64,000 nt of DNA, from NCBI RefSeq assembly GCF_964355755.1, contig NC_092677.1, positions 24,787,175-24,851,174 of the forward strand, given 5' to 3'. Shown piece after piece: positions 42,640 through 54,893 of this stretch. The position numbers were made by a program, and so were the translations under genes. The notes under the pieces were generated by a model. It was given only the letters and a program-made list of their open reading frames with translations, made no database searches and was not told the DNA's origin. This DNA is from Antedon mediterranea. Its lineage: Eukaryota; Animalia; Echinodermata. The first letter of the stretch is position 1, and every line of letters starts with the position of its first letter.

Positions 42640-43174
42640 TTAATTAAATATTATTACAATTCCAGCATAACAATATAATTTATCAACTACTGTAGCTAAT
42701 TAATAATTATGAGGTCAAGGTTCAGTCAATGAGTGCACTTTATTTTCAGTTAATGAACTTTGAGCCTGGTTGTAGCACCTGTTTTAATAAATAAATATTA
42801 TACAAAAAAACTCATACAAACAGTGGCATGAAATAACTTTAATAAATAAAATACATTGAGAAAAGTTGTTTTAATAAATAAACCTTACTTTTTACAAACC
42901 TATAAAATGAGACTAATTTTTTTCTATTTTTAATTTTTTTTAATTTAGTTATCAATTAATAATTAATATTTTAACAACTGAACTAATTATATTATAGATA
43001 TAATGAAATAATACAACAGGTATACAGTAGGAAAATGAACATTCAAGGCAATAATTACTAAAATACTGGACAGAAATTACTGCAAAAATGCAAAACTATG
43101 AAAAGCAATCACAAACAAAAAATGTTGTTTGAATTTAATAAATGAAACCAAGATCATTGCTTAAAACAGCTATA

Positions 43175-43650
43175 CAGTAGAACCTGTGTTTTACGTTCCC
43201 TTGATTTTACGTACGCTTAAAATAACCGATGACGTCATCATTTTCTTACATTGAGGGCGCAATTTAACAACAACAAAGCACACAAAGCCACAATCATGGC
43301 TGTGTGAGGAATTCTCTGCTGTGTGTGGGACAAGCTACGCACGTGCATTCCCCCTAAAGCAGACTGTTTTTAATATTGATAGAAAACAATTATATTTTAC
43401 ACTTTATTTAAACATCGCACAGCCTGTACTGTACTTTTCTAGTTAGGCCTCACATCTTGCTAGGCCTGCTAGCTTGGCCTGAATAGTGTCTAGGCAAGGC
43501 CTAGCTAGTGACCACCTCTGCATACTGTAGGCAAACACGGCTAGCTACGATCTCTACGTATTTGGGGTCAATTTAAGGTCAACCTTGATTTTACGAATCC
43601 TTTGTTTTACGTACGCCTTTCAGTCCGTACGTAAAATGAAGGTTCTACTG
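43175..43650. mobile_element. pogo/Tigger-like MITE, 476 bp
   Basis: TA|cagtagaacct..gttttacgt ... acgtaaaatgaaggttctactg|TA, with subterminal ttttacg repeats. Confidence 0.88.
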
Positions 43651-43773
43651 TATATAATTTAATGTTGTACTTCGACATAAATCAATGAAACAAACGTTGA
43701 TCTGGTATTATGAGGACAGGACTGTCAATGCTGTAATCCTTAAAATTATGGAGGGCAGCAGAGTATCTTATCT

Positions 43774-45545
43774 CTACGCTCGCGCTAACCGCTCGCCAAT
43801 TCGCCAATGGCGACTGGAGTCTCCATTTGGCGAAAATAATTATTGCCTCGTTCGCCAAATTGGCGAAAATACATTTCCAAGCCTAGGCCTAGGCCTAGCC
43901 TGGTCGGCGTGACTTCTATGGGAGCGAGAATTTGCCACACTTCAGTACTTTCTGACTCGGGTACACTTTTTACCACCACAGCATTTTATGTAACGACGTC
44001 ACGATCGCCGTGTTCATTTTTTTAGTTCTGTCTGTTTAAACATGCGCAGAGCGTGCCTCGATGACGTTTTAATGACACACAGTTAATGTGATTGGTTCGT
44101 GGCCGGTCGTCGTCGACGTGATGATGAGCGAATAAAAGGGAAGTCCCTATTCTTCGACGTAGAAAATGGACTTCAAGAAGAAAATGTAAACAGAAACATG
44201 TGGACGAATACTTCCGTAAACGAGGCTGTTCTGTTATTTAAAAAGGGGAATTTTAAATTTAACAAAGTAATTACCTCAATAGTATAATGTTAACATGTTT
44301 AATTTTCTTTCCCTTTCGATTATTCTAACCGAAAGTTGCGCTTTAAATTGAATAGCTAAGAAACAACGTATACTACAACGGCAACCCTGGCCAAAGCGCG
44401 TTTCGGCCGCCTACATAGAATGGGTTACGGCCGCTGCATAGCAAATTCAAAGCTTCTTAAATTTCTGCGGTACATTTCTTCCTAACGTACTTGTTTTATA
44501 TAATAATAGATTGATAAATATTCCACTTATTAAATAATTTAATAAATCGGTAAAGTTGACGTTTCGAAGCAAATATTCCATGATGAGAGGCGACATTTTT
44601 CGACATGCCTCGTGTGCGGCGAAGACTAGTTCAGAAAATGGAACAGTCCACTGCGGGGGTTATCCAATCATTAATTAACGCGCTAATACATGCATACCAT
44701 GCACATTGCCTGGGCGACGGTAATTTAGTAATAAGCGGAGAACTGAATCCCCCGTAAGGAAAATGGTAATCACTGATATTTATGGTAGGGATTATTTTTT
44801 TCAGTGGTTGGTCTTGTTGGTTTCTTCGCACCAGGTCCACGCAAAGTCAAATAAAACGATGTGGTTTATCAAACAGAAATATAAATTAGCTTTAATTCAA
44901 TACTAAATTAGCCAGATTTTGATAATGAGAAAGACTCAAAAATTGAATTTTTATCGTTAAAATTGACATATGAGGCGGATGTACATAATAATAATAACCG
45001 ATTTACATATCAAAATAACATGCAACAAAAATTACTCCACCACCTATTATGGACCTCGTGCGATCGGGTGCGAAAATGGGTAGGTGTTTTCCAAAGTTAT
45101 TTTTAGCGCGCAGATTTCGGCTCGCATGCTTTTGTACCTCATTTTTAAATCGCGTTTTCTATTAAAATATTTAATAAACATAGATTAAAAATATATAAAA
45201 ATAATCCCTTAAACAAGATCTTTCCAGGCATATAATTTTTATTCTCATGGGTACATAAGAAATACTGTAGTATATTTTTAACTTCAAAGACACGTCACTT
45301 TTTGAAATTTCACGAACGTGTTAAAATCGCGGTAACGAAAATCAGCTTCATTGGGATACCTAATAATAATATAAATGTAAAAGAAGTAAAATAACAAACA
45401 AATACATGCATTATTTATTTAATAAACATTTTTGCGAATTTTTATGTTTTTTTAAATTTGGCTAAAGGATTTTCAATTTGGCTAATGTTTTTCAAAACCT
45501 TTCGCCATTTTGGCGAACGAAAATTTGACCTTAGCGCGAGCGTAG
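43774..45545. mobile_element. Non-autonomous DNA transposon, hAT-like, 1.77 kb
   Basis: Perfect 15-bp TIRs ctacgctcgcgctaa / ttagcgcgagcgtag, subterminal ttcgcc/ggcgaa repeats at both ends. Flanking direct repeat tatct (5 bp), or tatcttat (8 bp, offset by 2). CpG-rich interior with no transposase ORF. Confidence 0.85.
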
Positions 45546-45834
45546 TATCTTATAATACATAATTAAGTACATCAGAATTAATTAACTAGGGGCCTATGGT
45601 CAATTCCACTTGGAACATTTTATTTGTAAGACATTAACTTTTAAATATATAGCATTTTTATATACTTAGGTATACTTAATACTGTGGTAGGGAAAGAGAA
45701 AAAATATTGATACTAATCTAAACCGTCTCTATGATGATGGATATCATTTAAATCATACTTTAAATAAGATTATAAGTAATATATTTTTTAATATTCATTA
45801 ACAATAAAATATATATTGTAAATTATGGGCATAC

Positions 45835-46011
45835 GGTTTATCGTAAATAGTGTGCGTGATGCACGATGGTAAGGATTTGGGAGCAAACATCTTGACTCGA
45901 TTGTATGTACGTACATGATTTATTATTTGTACGTCGTGACGTTTGCTAACCCTTCTCATTATGCATTGTGTAGAGACATTCCTTGCGAAATCAAGCTATT
46001 TGCGATAAACC
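45835..46011. mobile_element. Probable small MITE (16-bp inverted ends)
   Basis: ggtttatcgtaaatag ... ctatttgcgataaacc. Confidence 0.5.
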
Positions 46012-47160
46012 TGGTCCTTATTCTATATAATTAGGCCTATTTATATTATTAATATTATGTATGTCCACAACAAATATGACAACTCATTTCTGGCTACTCC
46101 ACCCAGTAGTTAAGATATCTGGGATCTCCCTACTTTGTCTTAGGTTCTCCTATTTTGCAATAGTTTTGTTATAGTGAAAAGATGCTATATCAGGTAAAAG
46201 TACAAATTTAGGCTATCAATACCTTGTTCCTCAAAATCCAGGCAAGTTAAAAAGAAAATGACTGCAGACGATGACGATATGGGAAAGAACGAAGGCCTGA
46301 GTTTATTTGTATTTTTTGCGCAAACAATATTTTTACAAACTTTACAACATATAGACATTAGAAACAAACATTATACATCATTTCGGACATAGAACTTACC
46401 AATAAGCCAACGTAATGTATGTTTAATTGGTTTTTATTTGCAGAAAACATCAAAAACCGGCTGCGGAAAACACACTGTCCAGCATGACATTTGTGTACGA
46501 TTGTTTGTGTTTATTTACTTTTTAAAAAAGAGGGCGCAATAGCATATTAAAGAAACATCAGAGGAGGGGGGATAGATACAGCAGTGTACTGCAGTACGTT
46601 GAACTTATTAAAGCTCCTTCCAATTTTAGGTCATTATTTTATTTACATCTCTCTTGTTATACATTTCGTCCAATCTTCATCAACATTGTTGTTATTATTA
46701 TTGTTGTATGAGATAATCATAGAAATTAAATTACAAAGAGCAGGCAGCAGTTTTCTGTATTATTTATGTTAATAACACAATAAAAAAATCCACATTTTTG
46801 TATAAATAGTGTTTATTTATAAAATGTATAGCAAATAAGTCACATTATAAAAATAAATAATATTGACACTGTTCTATTTTCATGGTTTTTCAGCAAGGAA
46901 AATTGGCGATTTAAACGTTTTCATTGAGAATGTCCTGTGATGCTCATTAGAATTCTAGCATTTTATCAAGTCTTGTGCAATGACAAAGGTTCTTATTCAG
47001 ATTGTCATTCCAAAATTAGATTAAAGTTGACTATATAAATATATATACAGTACTCAGATCATAACATTAAAATATCTTTTACAAAATCTGGGTGAAAGCA
47101 CTCGATTTGAAAAATTAGCTTGGCAAGTTTTTGTCCTATTTTGCGTGTAATAGACATCTG

Positions 47161-50100
47161 TTATACTGCTTTGTCGTTGTATGGGAAGTGTATATGGTCT
47201 TTAAATCTATAAAGAAAAGAAAAAAAGTATTCTGTTAAAAGAAACAGTTTATGTTGGTGTATCACTATCATCCTCTTGATCGTCTTAGTTACCAACATCA
47301 TCATCACCATATATCACAAGATGACATGATCATCATCACTATCATCACATGATCACCACTATCATCGCATGATCATCCCCAGTATCATCACATGATCATC
47401 ACCACTACCATCACATGATCATCATCATCACTATCATTGCATGATCATCACCACAATCATCGCATGATCATCACCACAATCATCGCATGATCATCACCAC
47501 TATCATCGCATGATCATCACCACTATCATCACATGATCATCACCAATATCATCACAGGATAATCACCACTATCGTCACATGATCATCACCAACACCACCA
47601 CATGATCATCTCTACTATCATCACATGATCATCACTACCATCACATGATCAGACATCACCACTATCATAACATGATCATCGCCACCATCACATGATCATC
47701 ATCACATGACCATCACATGATCATCATCACATGATCATCACCACCATCACATGATCATCATCACCATCACATAATCATCATTTGCATCACATGATCATCA
47801 CCATCACCTATGTAAAAGTAAGATTTTATAGCATACTTGTGTTGGTCAAGGAGACGATAATTTATGTTTAGCGATGCTACTTCTTCCATTTCCTCTTTTG
47901 ACAGATTAAAATCAAACACCTGAAAGTTCTCCAGTATATGTTTGTGGTTTGTGCTCTTTGGTATAACGACGACGACAAGTTGAAGTTCATAGCGCAACAC
48001 GACTTGGAATGGGGTCTTCTTATGTTTCAAGGCGATTCTTGTGATTATCGGATTTTCATTTAATGCTACTGGTTTCGGTGTCTTGACGCTATAAAAAAAA
48101 GTTTAGAATGTTTAATGTAATTTAAATGATTATTCTTCATCTTATAAAAAGAACACTAAGAACACAATAGATTACCCCAATTTACATAACAGGACAAATG
48201 GACAAAATATCATTTAAATATCTCAGAAGTGTAAAAATGGTTTGGTTGACCAAATCTTACGACAATGATACTTACTGTGGCTGGCCTCCCCTAGCCAGAG
48301 GAGAGTATGCGGTGACCACAATGTTCCGCTGTTTACAAAACTGTAAATAATCTGATTGCGATAGGTATGGATGTAGCTCAATTTGAACGACGGCAAGTGG
48401 ATGGCGGGCAATGGCTAAGATACGCTCAAGTTGCTCGATGTTGAAATTTGAGACACCGATTGACTTTACTAGGCCTGCGTCTACAAGTTTTTCCATTTCC
48501 TGAAAAACAATCGATGAAAGTCGGTGATGATCGTTTGATGATAGAGGTGATGATCGTTTGATGATAGAGGTGATGATCATGTGATGATAGTGGTGATGAT
48601 AATGTGATGATAGTGGAGATGATCACGTGATGATGATCATGTGATGACAGTGGTGATGATCATGTGATAATAGTGGTGATGATAGTGGTGATGATCATAA
48701 GATGATCATGTGATGATAGTGGTGAGGATTATGTGATGATAGTGGTGAGGATTATGTGATGATGATCATGTGATGATAGTGGTGATGATCATGTGATGAT
48801 GATCATGTGATAATAGTGGTGATGATCATGTGAATGATAGTGGTGATGATCATGTGATGATAGTGGTGATGATCATGTGATGATAGTGGTGATGATGGTG
48901 GTGATGATGGTGGTAATGATCATGTGATGATGATCATGTGATGATCATGGTGATATGTGGTGATAATCATGTGATGATAAGTGGTGATAATCATGTGATG
49001 ATAAGTGGTGGTGATCATGTGATGATAAGTGGTGGTGATCATGTGATGATGATCATGTGATGATGATCATGTGATGAAGCTCATGAATATTTATCATGTT
49101 TATGCATATTCATACCTTCCATGTGTCCACGTAATCGGTTTCATCAAAATATGGGCTATAGTCTTCAGCATCTGGATAATGTTGCCTAGGATTGTTAGAA
49201 AACTGGGGGAAAAATAAAATATTTAAAGATGTATTCAATCGCGTACAATCAGGAACTTCTCTTGTTTTTGTCAAGGGTGCATAGTGATTACCTTTCTTAG
49301 CCCTGTTGTACAATGCATTAAGTACAGGTCAATGTAATCTAAATCTAGTTCCTTCAATGATCGGTCAAACGCATTTCTAACTTCATCCCGACTAAAGAAA
49401 TTTCTCCACAACTAGAAAAATATAAAAAACCATATTTCCACAGTATTTTTCTTGTAAAATTTGAAGTATTGCAAAGTTAACATTGTAATGTACTGTTATA
49501 ACCATAGATATTTATAATTTTAACAACTTCATTATCAATAATTCTTATAGCTTTCACACACTATCATGCTTTGTGATTGGATGCAACTGAATGAGGCAAT
49601 TGCTATAATCGGCTGGTCGCAATTATTAATATGAATTATTAATTTTTATATTCTTCACTATGGTATCCTTACTTTGGTAACAATAAACAAATCTTGGCGA
49701 GTCACTGTACCATCTTTTATCTTATCTTTAACAGCACAGCCTACTTCAGCTTCACTGTTATACATCCAAGCAGTGTCGATGTGCCGGTATCCTAGGTCTA
49801 TACCGGTCCTCACTGCTGCTGCTACCTCTCCATGGCCACCTTTAGACACATACTATATATTATAATAGACAAAATCAAACATTAAATGAGTAGGCTTTTA
49901 ATGTTACTGAATCGAAGGGTTGAATGGGTCATACTAATCCACGACTGGTATAATAAATATTATAACATTGAAATGTATTGTGATATTTTATAGATTTGTA
50001 ATGTATACAAAAGCTGAAGACCGCCCTGTGTGATAAGCAATGTGTCTTGCTGATGCATTATAAAATATATATATAACGAATGAGAAGTAAAATATTTGAA

Positions 50101-50500
50101 CTTATTTTAACTTGTTTCTGGAAAGAAAAAAATATATATAAGTTAAATTTACTGCAAGAGCATGTTAGTAACATGGGATTGATATCATATAATTTCATAA
50201 AACCCTACCTGGCCGTACGGGGCGTAGATTAGTATGACTGGGACGAATCGTCCTGCTGCTCTGACTGAGCCACAACACACTGCTGTATCACCTACCGGTC
50301 TAGCTTTGGCAAGGCCTAGGCCTAAGCTCAGCTTCACATCACTTCTACAATGTCTAAAAAGCAGTGGATTTCATTTATGGAGTAATTTAATCAATGGTCA
50401 ACTTTACCTGGTTTTCAACGAAAGTACCAATTCCTATAGTTGGTATTCTTATTCCAGTTGAAAGAGTAAGGAACTTATCAACTGAATGTTTCTCTTGCAT
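47161..50500 (-). CDS. Aldo-keto reductase family 1 (aldose/aldehyde reductase-like), 7 exons, 333 aa
   Basis: Exons 50408-50500, 49673-49852, 49292-49411, 49116-49202, 48276-48499, 47837-48088 and 47161-47206. All introns GT-AG with compatible phases; 1002 nt from ATG to TAA. Motifs IPTIGIGTF, GYRHIDTAWMY, DLFIVTKLW, DYIDLYLMH, GLVKSIGVSNF, AYSPL, IPKS; catalytic tetrad D/Y/K/H intact. Confidence 0.95.
47297..47807 (+). repeat. 23-bp-unit minisatellite (catcacatgatcatcaccactat)n in AKR intron 6
   Basis: Direct reading. It is the reverse complement of the array at 48523-49077. Confidence 0.92.
48523..49077 (-). repeat. 23-bp-unit minisatellite (atagtggtgatgatcatgtgatg)n in AKR intron 4
   Basis: Direct reading. 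It is inverted relative to 47297-47807. Confidence 0.92.
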
Positions 50501-50879
50501 TGTTTATTTTAGACTAGAGGTCGAGGAGAAAAATATAAAAAAATACCGTGCGTATACGTTTGCTTGTAACACTTCCTGAGTTAAACGTCAACAACAATGT
50601 AAAACGCGTCAACGCTCACTTAAAAATATTTTTTTGTATAGTCAGGTTCTCTGATACAGTACGGTATATTTTTATACATCTAGGCCTAGTATGTTATATC
50701 TGTTAGATGAAAATCTTTTTATTCTTTCATATTTCAATGAAAAGAAAACTTTTGTTTCCATTACAATCTTTTAGATCTGGCAGGAAACAAACAAATTTAA
50801 CGCAGATATTTAAAAATTGAATATTAAGTTAAAATATAGGCCTAATAAATATAAACATCATTGTGAAAAAAGAAGAACG

Positions 50880-51240
50880 GTCATTACCAGGGAATACTGA
50901 ATTACGTAATTTCACTCTTGATCCCAGGTCATAGGCCTACTAAGAATGTGGTCTATAAATGTGTCACGTGACTTAGATCACTGATTATGAGTCATTATAA
51001 CGGGATTATTACTGGCTATGCTTATTTTAGCAATGATAATGATGATATTAATAAGCTCAATGCTTTTGTTTCCACTCGTCATAACGTGACGTCACATTAC
51101 TACAAATCTATTTATAGAAACGTGCTATACGTTTTCGTCAATAGTTTCTTTGGATACTGTCACGGATATTGATCAATAACAATTGTTTTATACGGTGCTT
51201 CACACTTGACAATTATTTAAAAGCAGAGTAGTATTACAGG
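50880..51240. promoter_or_regulatory. Candidate shared promoter/enhancer between head-to-head AKR and SRCR genes
   Basis: ATTACGTAAT 50901-50910, TATAAAT 50954-50960, GTCACGTGAC 50963-50972, ATGAGTCAT 50987-50995 and GTGACGTCAC 51086-51095. A likely non-coding SRCR exon ends at the tg|gtaagt donor near 51316. Confidence 0.55.
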
Positions 51241-51849
51241 CCACAGTCAAAGGGAGAGGTTGTTGTTGTTTCATCATTTGCTGAATACATATTATTTCTT
51301 TAATATTATTTATTGGTAAGTCATGGGTTTCCAAAATTATATAACGGATTAATGGGTTAATAATTCTATAAACATGTTGTTTCTAGTGCGCGTATTCATT
51401 GATTACTCCATGCTATATTTGGAGAGGAAATAATAATTATGAACGTATACATTGAGTGAACGTACAACGGCGTCGTCTTCAATGACGACGCCAATATGCT
51501 ATTACGACGGGTTTGCCGACGAGTAAATGTCTTCTAGTTTTTGTCAGGAAAGATCACCCATCCTTGATTGTATCGTCATGTAGGCCTAAGTAAGATTAGT
51601 ACAGATAGGTACGCTACATAATTAGGATTTGTTGTAAAATGTCATCCAACGCTTAACATTTAATATGTAGAGGCTTATTGTTAGAAAATGTAATGTGTGT
51701 TCTGAAATGAGGCTTTAGTTTCCTCTTTAACTGTAGATTTATAGTGGCCTATAAGTTTTGACTTATACAGTATTAGTTAAAAGATATGTAAGAAGCCTAC
51801 ATGCATGTTTCATTATAACAGTACGTTTTATTTATATAGAGTTTTCAAC

Positions 51850-54808
51850 ATGAAGAAACTAAAGATGGAAATAACTTTGGTGTTCTCACTGTTTGTAGTG
51901 TCTGTCCAGGCAGGTAAGTTATCGTTTGCGTGTAGGCCTACCGTAAATATATTAGTCCTAGTCCTAGAGCTGTACTTGAATTAAACAAAACAACCTTGTT
52001 TTAAAAGGCAACATTCATTTTAGATTCACCATGAAAATATTAATTAGCCTACAGTACACATTTTTTAAACACGTTATGAATCCTCTTGTATCTTTATTTT
52101 GTAATGTCGTCTGTATTATTTTTGTTTTCGGTTGTTTTCGGTTGTTTTCGGTAATTAGACGGACCGGTACAGTAATTGTATTACATCTGGTAGAGCTACC
52201 ACTGTAAAATAAAGTTGAATAAATAAATAGATAAATGTTTACAGTTTTATATTGTTTTTTCTTAATGTTTTAGAAACAGTTCGGTTGGTGGGCGGAGTCA
52301 ACAAATATGAAGGTCGAGTGGAGGTGTTCCGTGATGGACGATGGGGAACAGTTTGCGACAACGGCTGGGATTTCACGGCTGCGAATGTGGTTTGTAGAGA
52401 AGTCGGGTTCGGCAACGCTGTGACAAATGTCTTTGGCCAGAACCCAGGAGATGCAAGTCAGCCGATACTGCTCCACAATGTACGATGTACTGGCCAGGAG
52501 CTAAGACTTTCTGATTGTCCATCTAAAACGGGCAGTGGAACCTGTGACCACAGCGAGGACATTTCGGTGCGTTGCTCCCCAGGTGGGTCATCAAAATGAT
52601 TACTACATTTTGTCTAAACATAGACAAACTTCATATCAATTCATTGCGTTTTTTGTAAGCTTTGTTTTGTCTAAACAACATTATTACACATTTGTATACG
52701 ATATTCATTTTTCAGTTAATGATTTCGACGTCCGGCTTGTTGACGGATTGCATCTAAATGTCGGTCGATTACAAGTTTATCGTAACGGCACGTGGGGTCA
52801 AGTTTGCGACAGACACTGGAACGATGATAGTGCAGACGTCGCATGCCGCCAACTTGGGTACGTGCGCTCCGATTCGTGGGTAGAAAGTTACAAACTCAAG
52901 GAAAATGCTAGCCCAATAGAGTTTGACTTATTTCAGTGTACAGGTTCCGAAGGTAGTCTGATGGATTGCGTGAGCCATGCGTGGAATGAAAATTCTGACT
53001 GCGGTAACACGGTGAAAATACAATGTTCATATGAAGGTAGGATTCAGTGCCAGTATACTTAGCCTATATAAAAGGACTTAAAAAGGCATTTCTCCAGTGG
53101 GGTTGTGGGTTGGTGAGCATGGAAAAATACCCAGAAAATATAGCGACTTCAAGTTGACATATTTTACCGGCCATTAGTCGCCTATTTTGCCACAGTCTTG
53201 ATGGACGGTTATTGTGGAGACGTGCCTCTTGGACGATATTTTTTATTTATAGCTTTTAGATGATCTTGCCTAATTGATTTACTGTTTTACCCGGTACTGT
53301 TTTTATGATGAAATTTGGTGAAATAAATGATATATGTTAATACATTTTTATATATGATATTTGTTCTAATTTTTTCTAATTTTAGTTTTTATACAATCAT
53401 AATATGTTTTCCACCTTTACATGTAAAACTCAACTTCTACGTTTATCTATAAATGTTACTTGCCTTATTATAGGTGATCTAGCCTATTCACAAGGCGACT
53501 CGCGCTTTGTGGGAGGAGATACCACAATGGCCGGAATCCTCGACGTGTACATCTACGGTGAGTGGCGGACTGTCTGCTCTAAAGTGTGGAACAAAGACGA
53601 GGGGAAGGCTGTCTGCAAAGGGCACGGTTACGAAGGAGCACAGGAACACAAAGGCAACCCAAACGACTACAATAAATCCCTCGTGATTAAAAGACCCGTC
53701 CATGCTTATGGCATTGACTGTTCTGGCAAAAAATCTTTAAATGACTGTCATTTTAAAACAGACAAGTTATACATTGGATGCACACATGATGACGATGTGG
53801 CGACAACATGTGGACCTACTGGTAAGTTGAGATACAGTACCGTACTCATTGGTGTAGCGTGATTTAACTGGAAATGAGCACTGCTACGTATTCCGCGCGC
53901 CCGCGTGCGCATTGTTCCAGCTTATCCATTTAAGTTTCACACCATTGCTTCGCACCATAGCTTCACACCATAGAGGCTTCTAAAAGCTCTGTCTACACTA
54001 TCAACGCGCCAACCAGACTGACAAATGAAATTGAACTAATTGGGAATGTACACACCCATTCAACGCGTGGAGTAGACAACTTAAATATTGTTAATGTTAT
54101 ACCTCATTATACCCGTAGCAAAATGGATTCGTCTTTTTAAAGTTGCAGGCGGAAAAATGGAATGACTTGCCAGCAGATATAAAACATTCACACACGATTA
54201 TGTTATATAGATACAGATCTCATTTCTTCTCATAACATTTAACTTCCTGTTTTTTTATTGCTATTTATTAACTGTATTTGTATTGGATTTAAATTTGTAT
54301 CCGTTTTTGTCGACAGGACCACAACGCAAAACAGGTATATTTCTACTTGATTGTGTGTAATCCTGTATAACTATGTTGTTAAATAAATAAATATAGGCAA
54401 TTCACATTTTTGTTTTTGTACATAAAGTTTGATAGTGTTGGCAGAGCTTTAGATCTTTTGTTCACAATAGGAGGATACAACGTAAAGATAAGCATTGACC
54501 AATTTCTTTTCTCTTTTGTAGGGTTGTCCGGTGGAGGAATTGCTGGTATTGTAATAGGAAGCTTATTTGTAAGTTTCTTTTTGTATAGTTGTTGCATAAG
54601 TCCACAATTACAAAAGAGAAAGAGGAATGCAGCTAGGCCTAGACCACCTCCAGCTCAACCAAATTCAACACCGAATCCTTCTGCGATTACCACAAGTGAC
54701 GTAAATATTGATATCGAACCAGCGGCCGTTCCTTCAGCAGCAGAAATAGAACCGCCAAGTTATGACGTCGCTGTGAAAACCCCTAGTACATTTGTAGAGC
54801 CAACGTGA
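51850..54808 (+). CDS. Type I transmembrane protein with three scavenger receptor cysteine-rich (SRCR) domains, 448 aa
   Basis: Exons 51850-51913 (signal peptide MKKLKMEITLVFSLFVVSVQA), 52274-52582 (SRCR1 VRLVGG..EGRVEV..WGTVCD), 52716-53036 (SRCR2), 53474-53821 (SRCR3), predicted microexon 54317-54334, and 54522-54808 (TM GIAGIVIGSLFVSFFLY, KRKR, Pro-rich tail with PPSY). All introns phase 1 GT-AG; 1347 nt open. Confidence 0.92.
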
Positions 54809-54893
54809 CCAAAATAATTTTTGGGTGATGTGATGGGTGATGTTCAGTAAAATAATATAGTGAAGATAATGATTGGTTACCACAGAGAGTAAA

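Noticed and set aside
44631-44840. ORF inside the hAT-like element with faint THAP-like IPTI motif
   Set aside because: No C2CH zinc ligands or other transposase motifs.
327-46772. Numerous 60-113 aa ORFs in the ORF track
   Set aside because: Compositionally biased (F/I/L/K/Y/N), no recognisable domains, often overlapping repeats; consistent with chance in AT-rich DNA.
47297-49077. His/Ile/Met-rich ORF segments (48426-48626, the N-terminal extension of 48272-48580, the tail of 47767-48030)
   Set aside because: These are translations of intronic minisatellite; the splice model excludes them.
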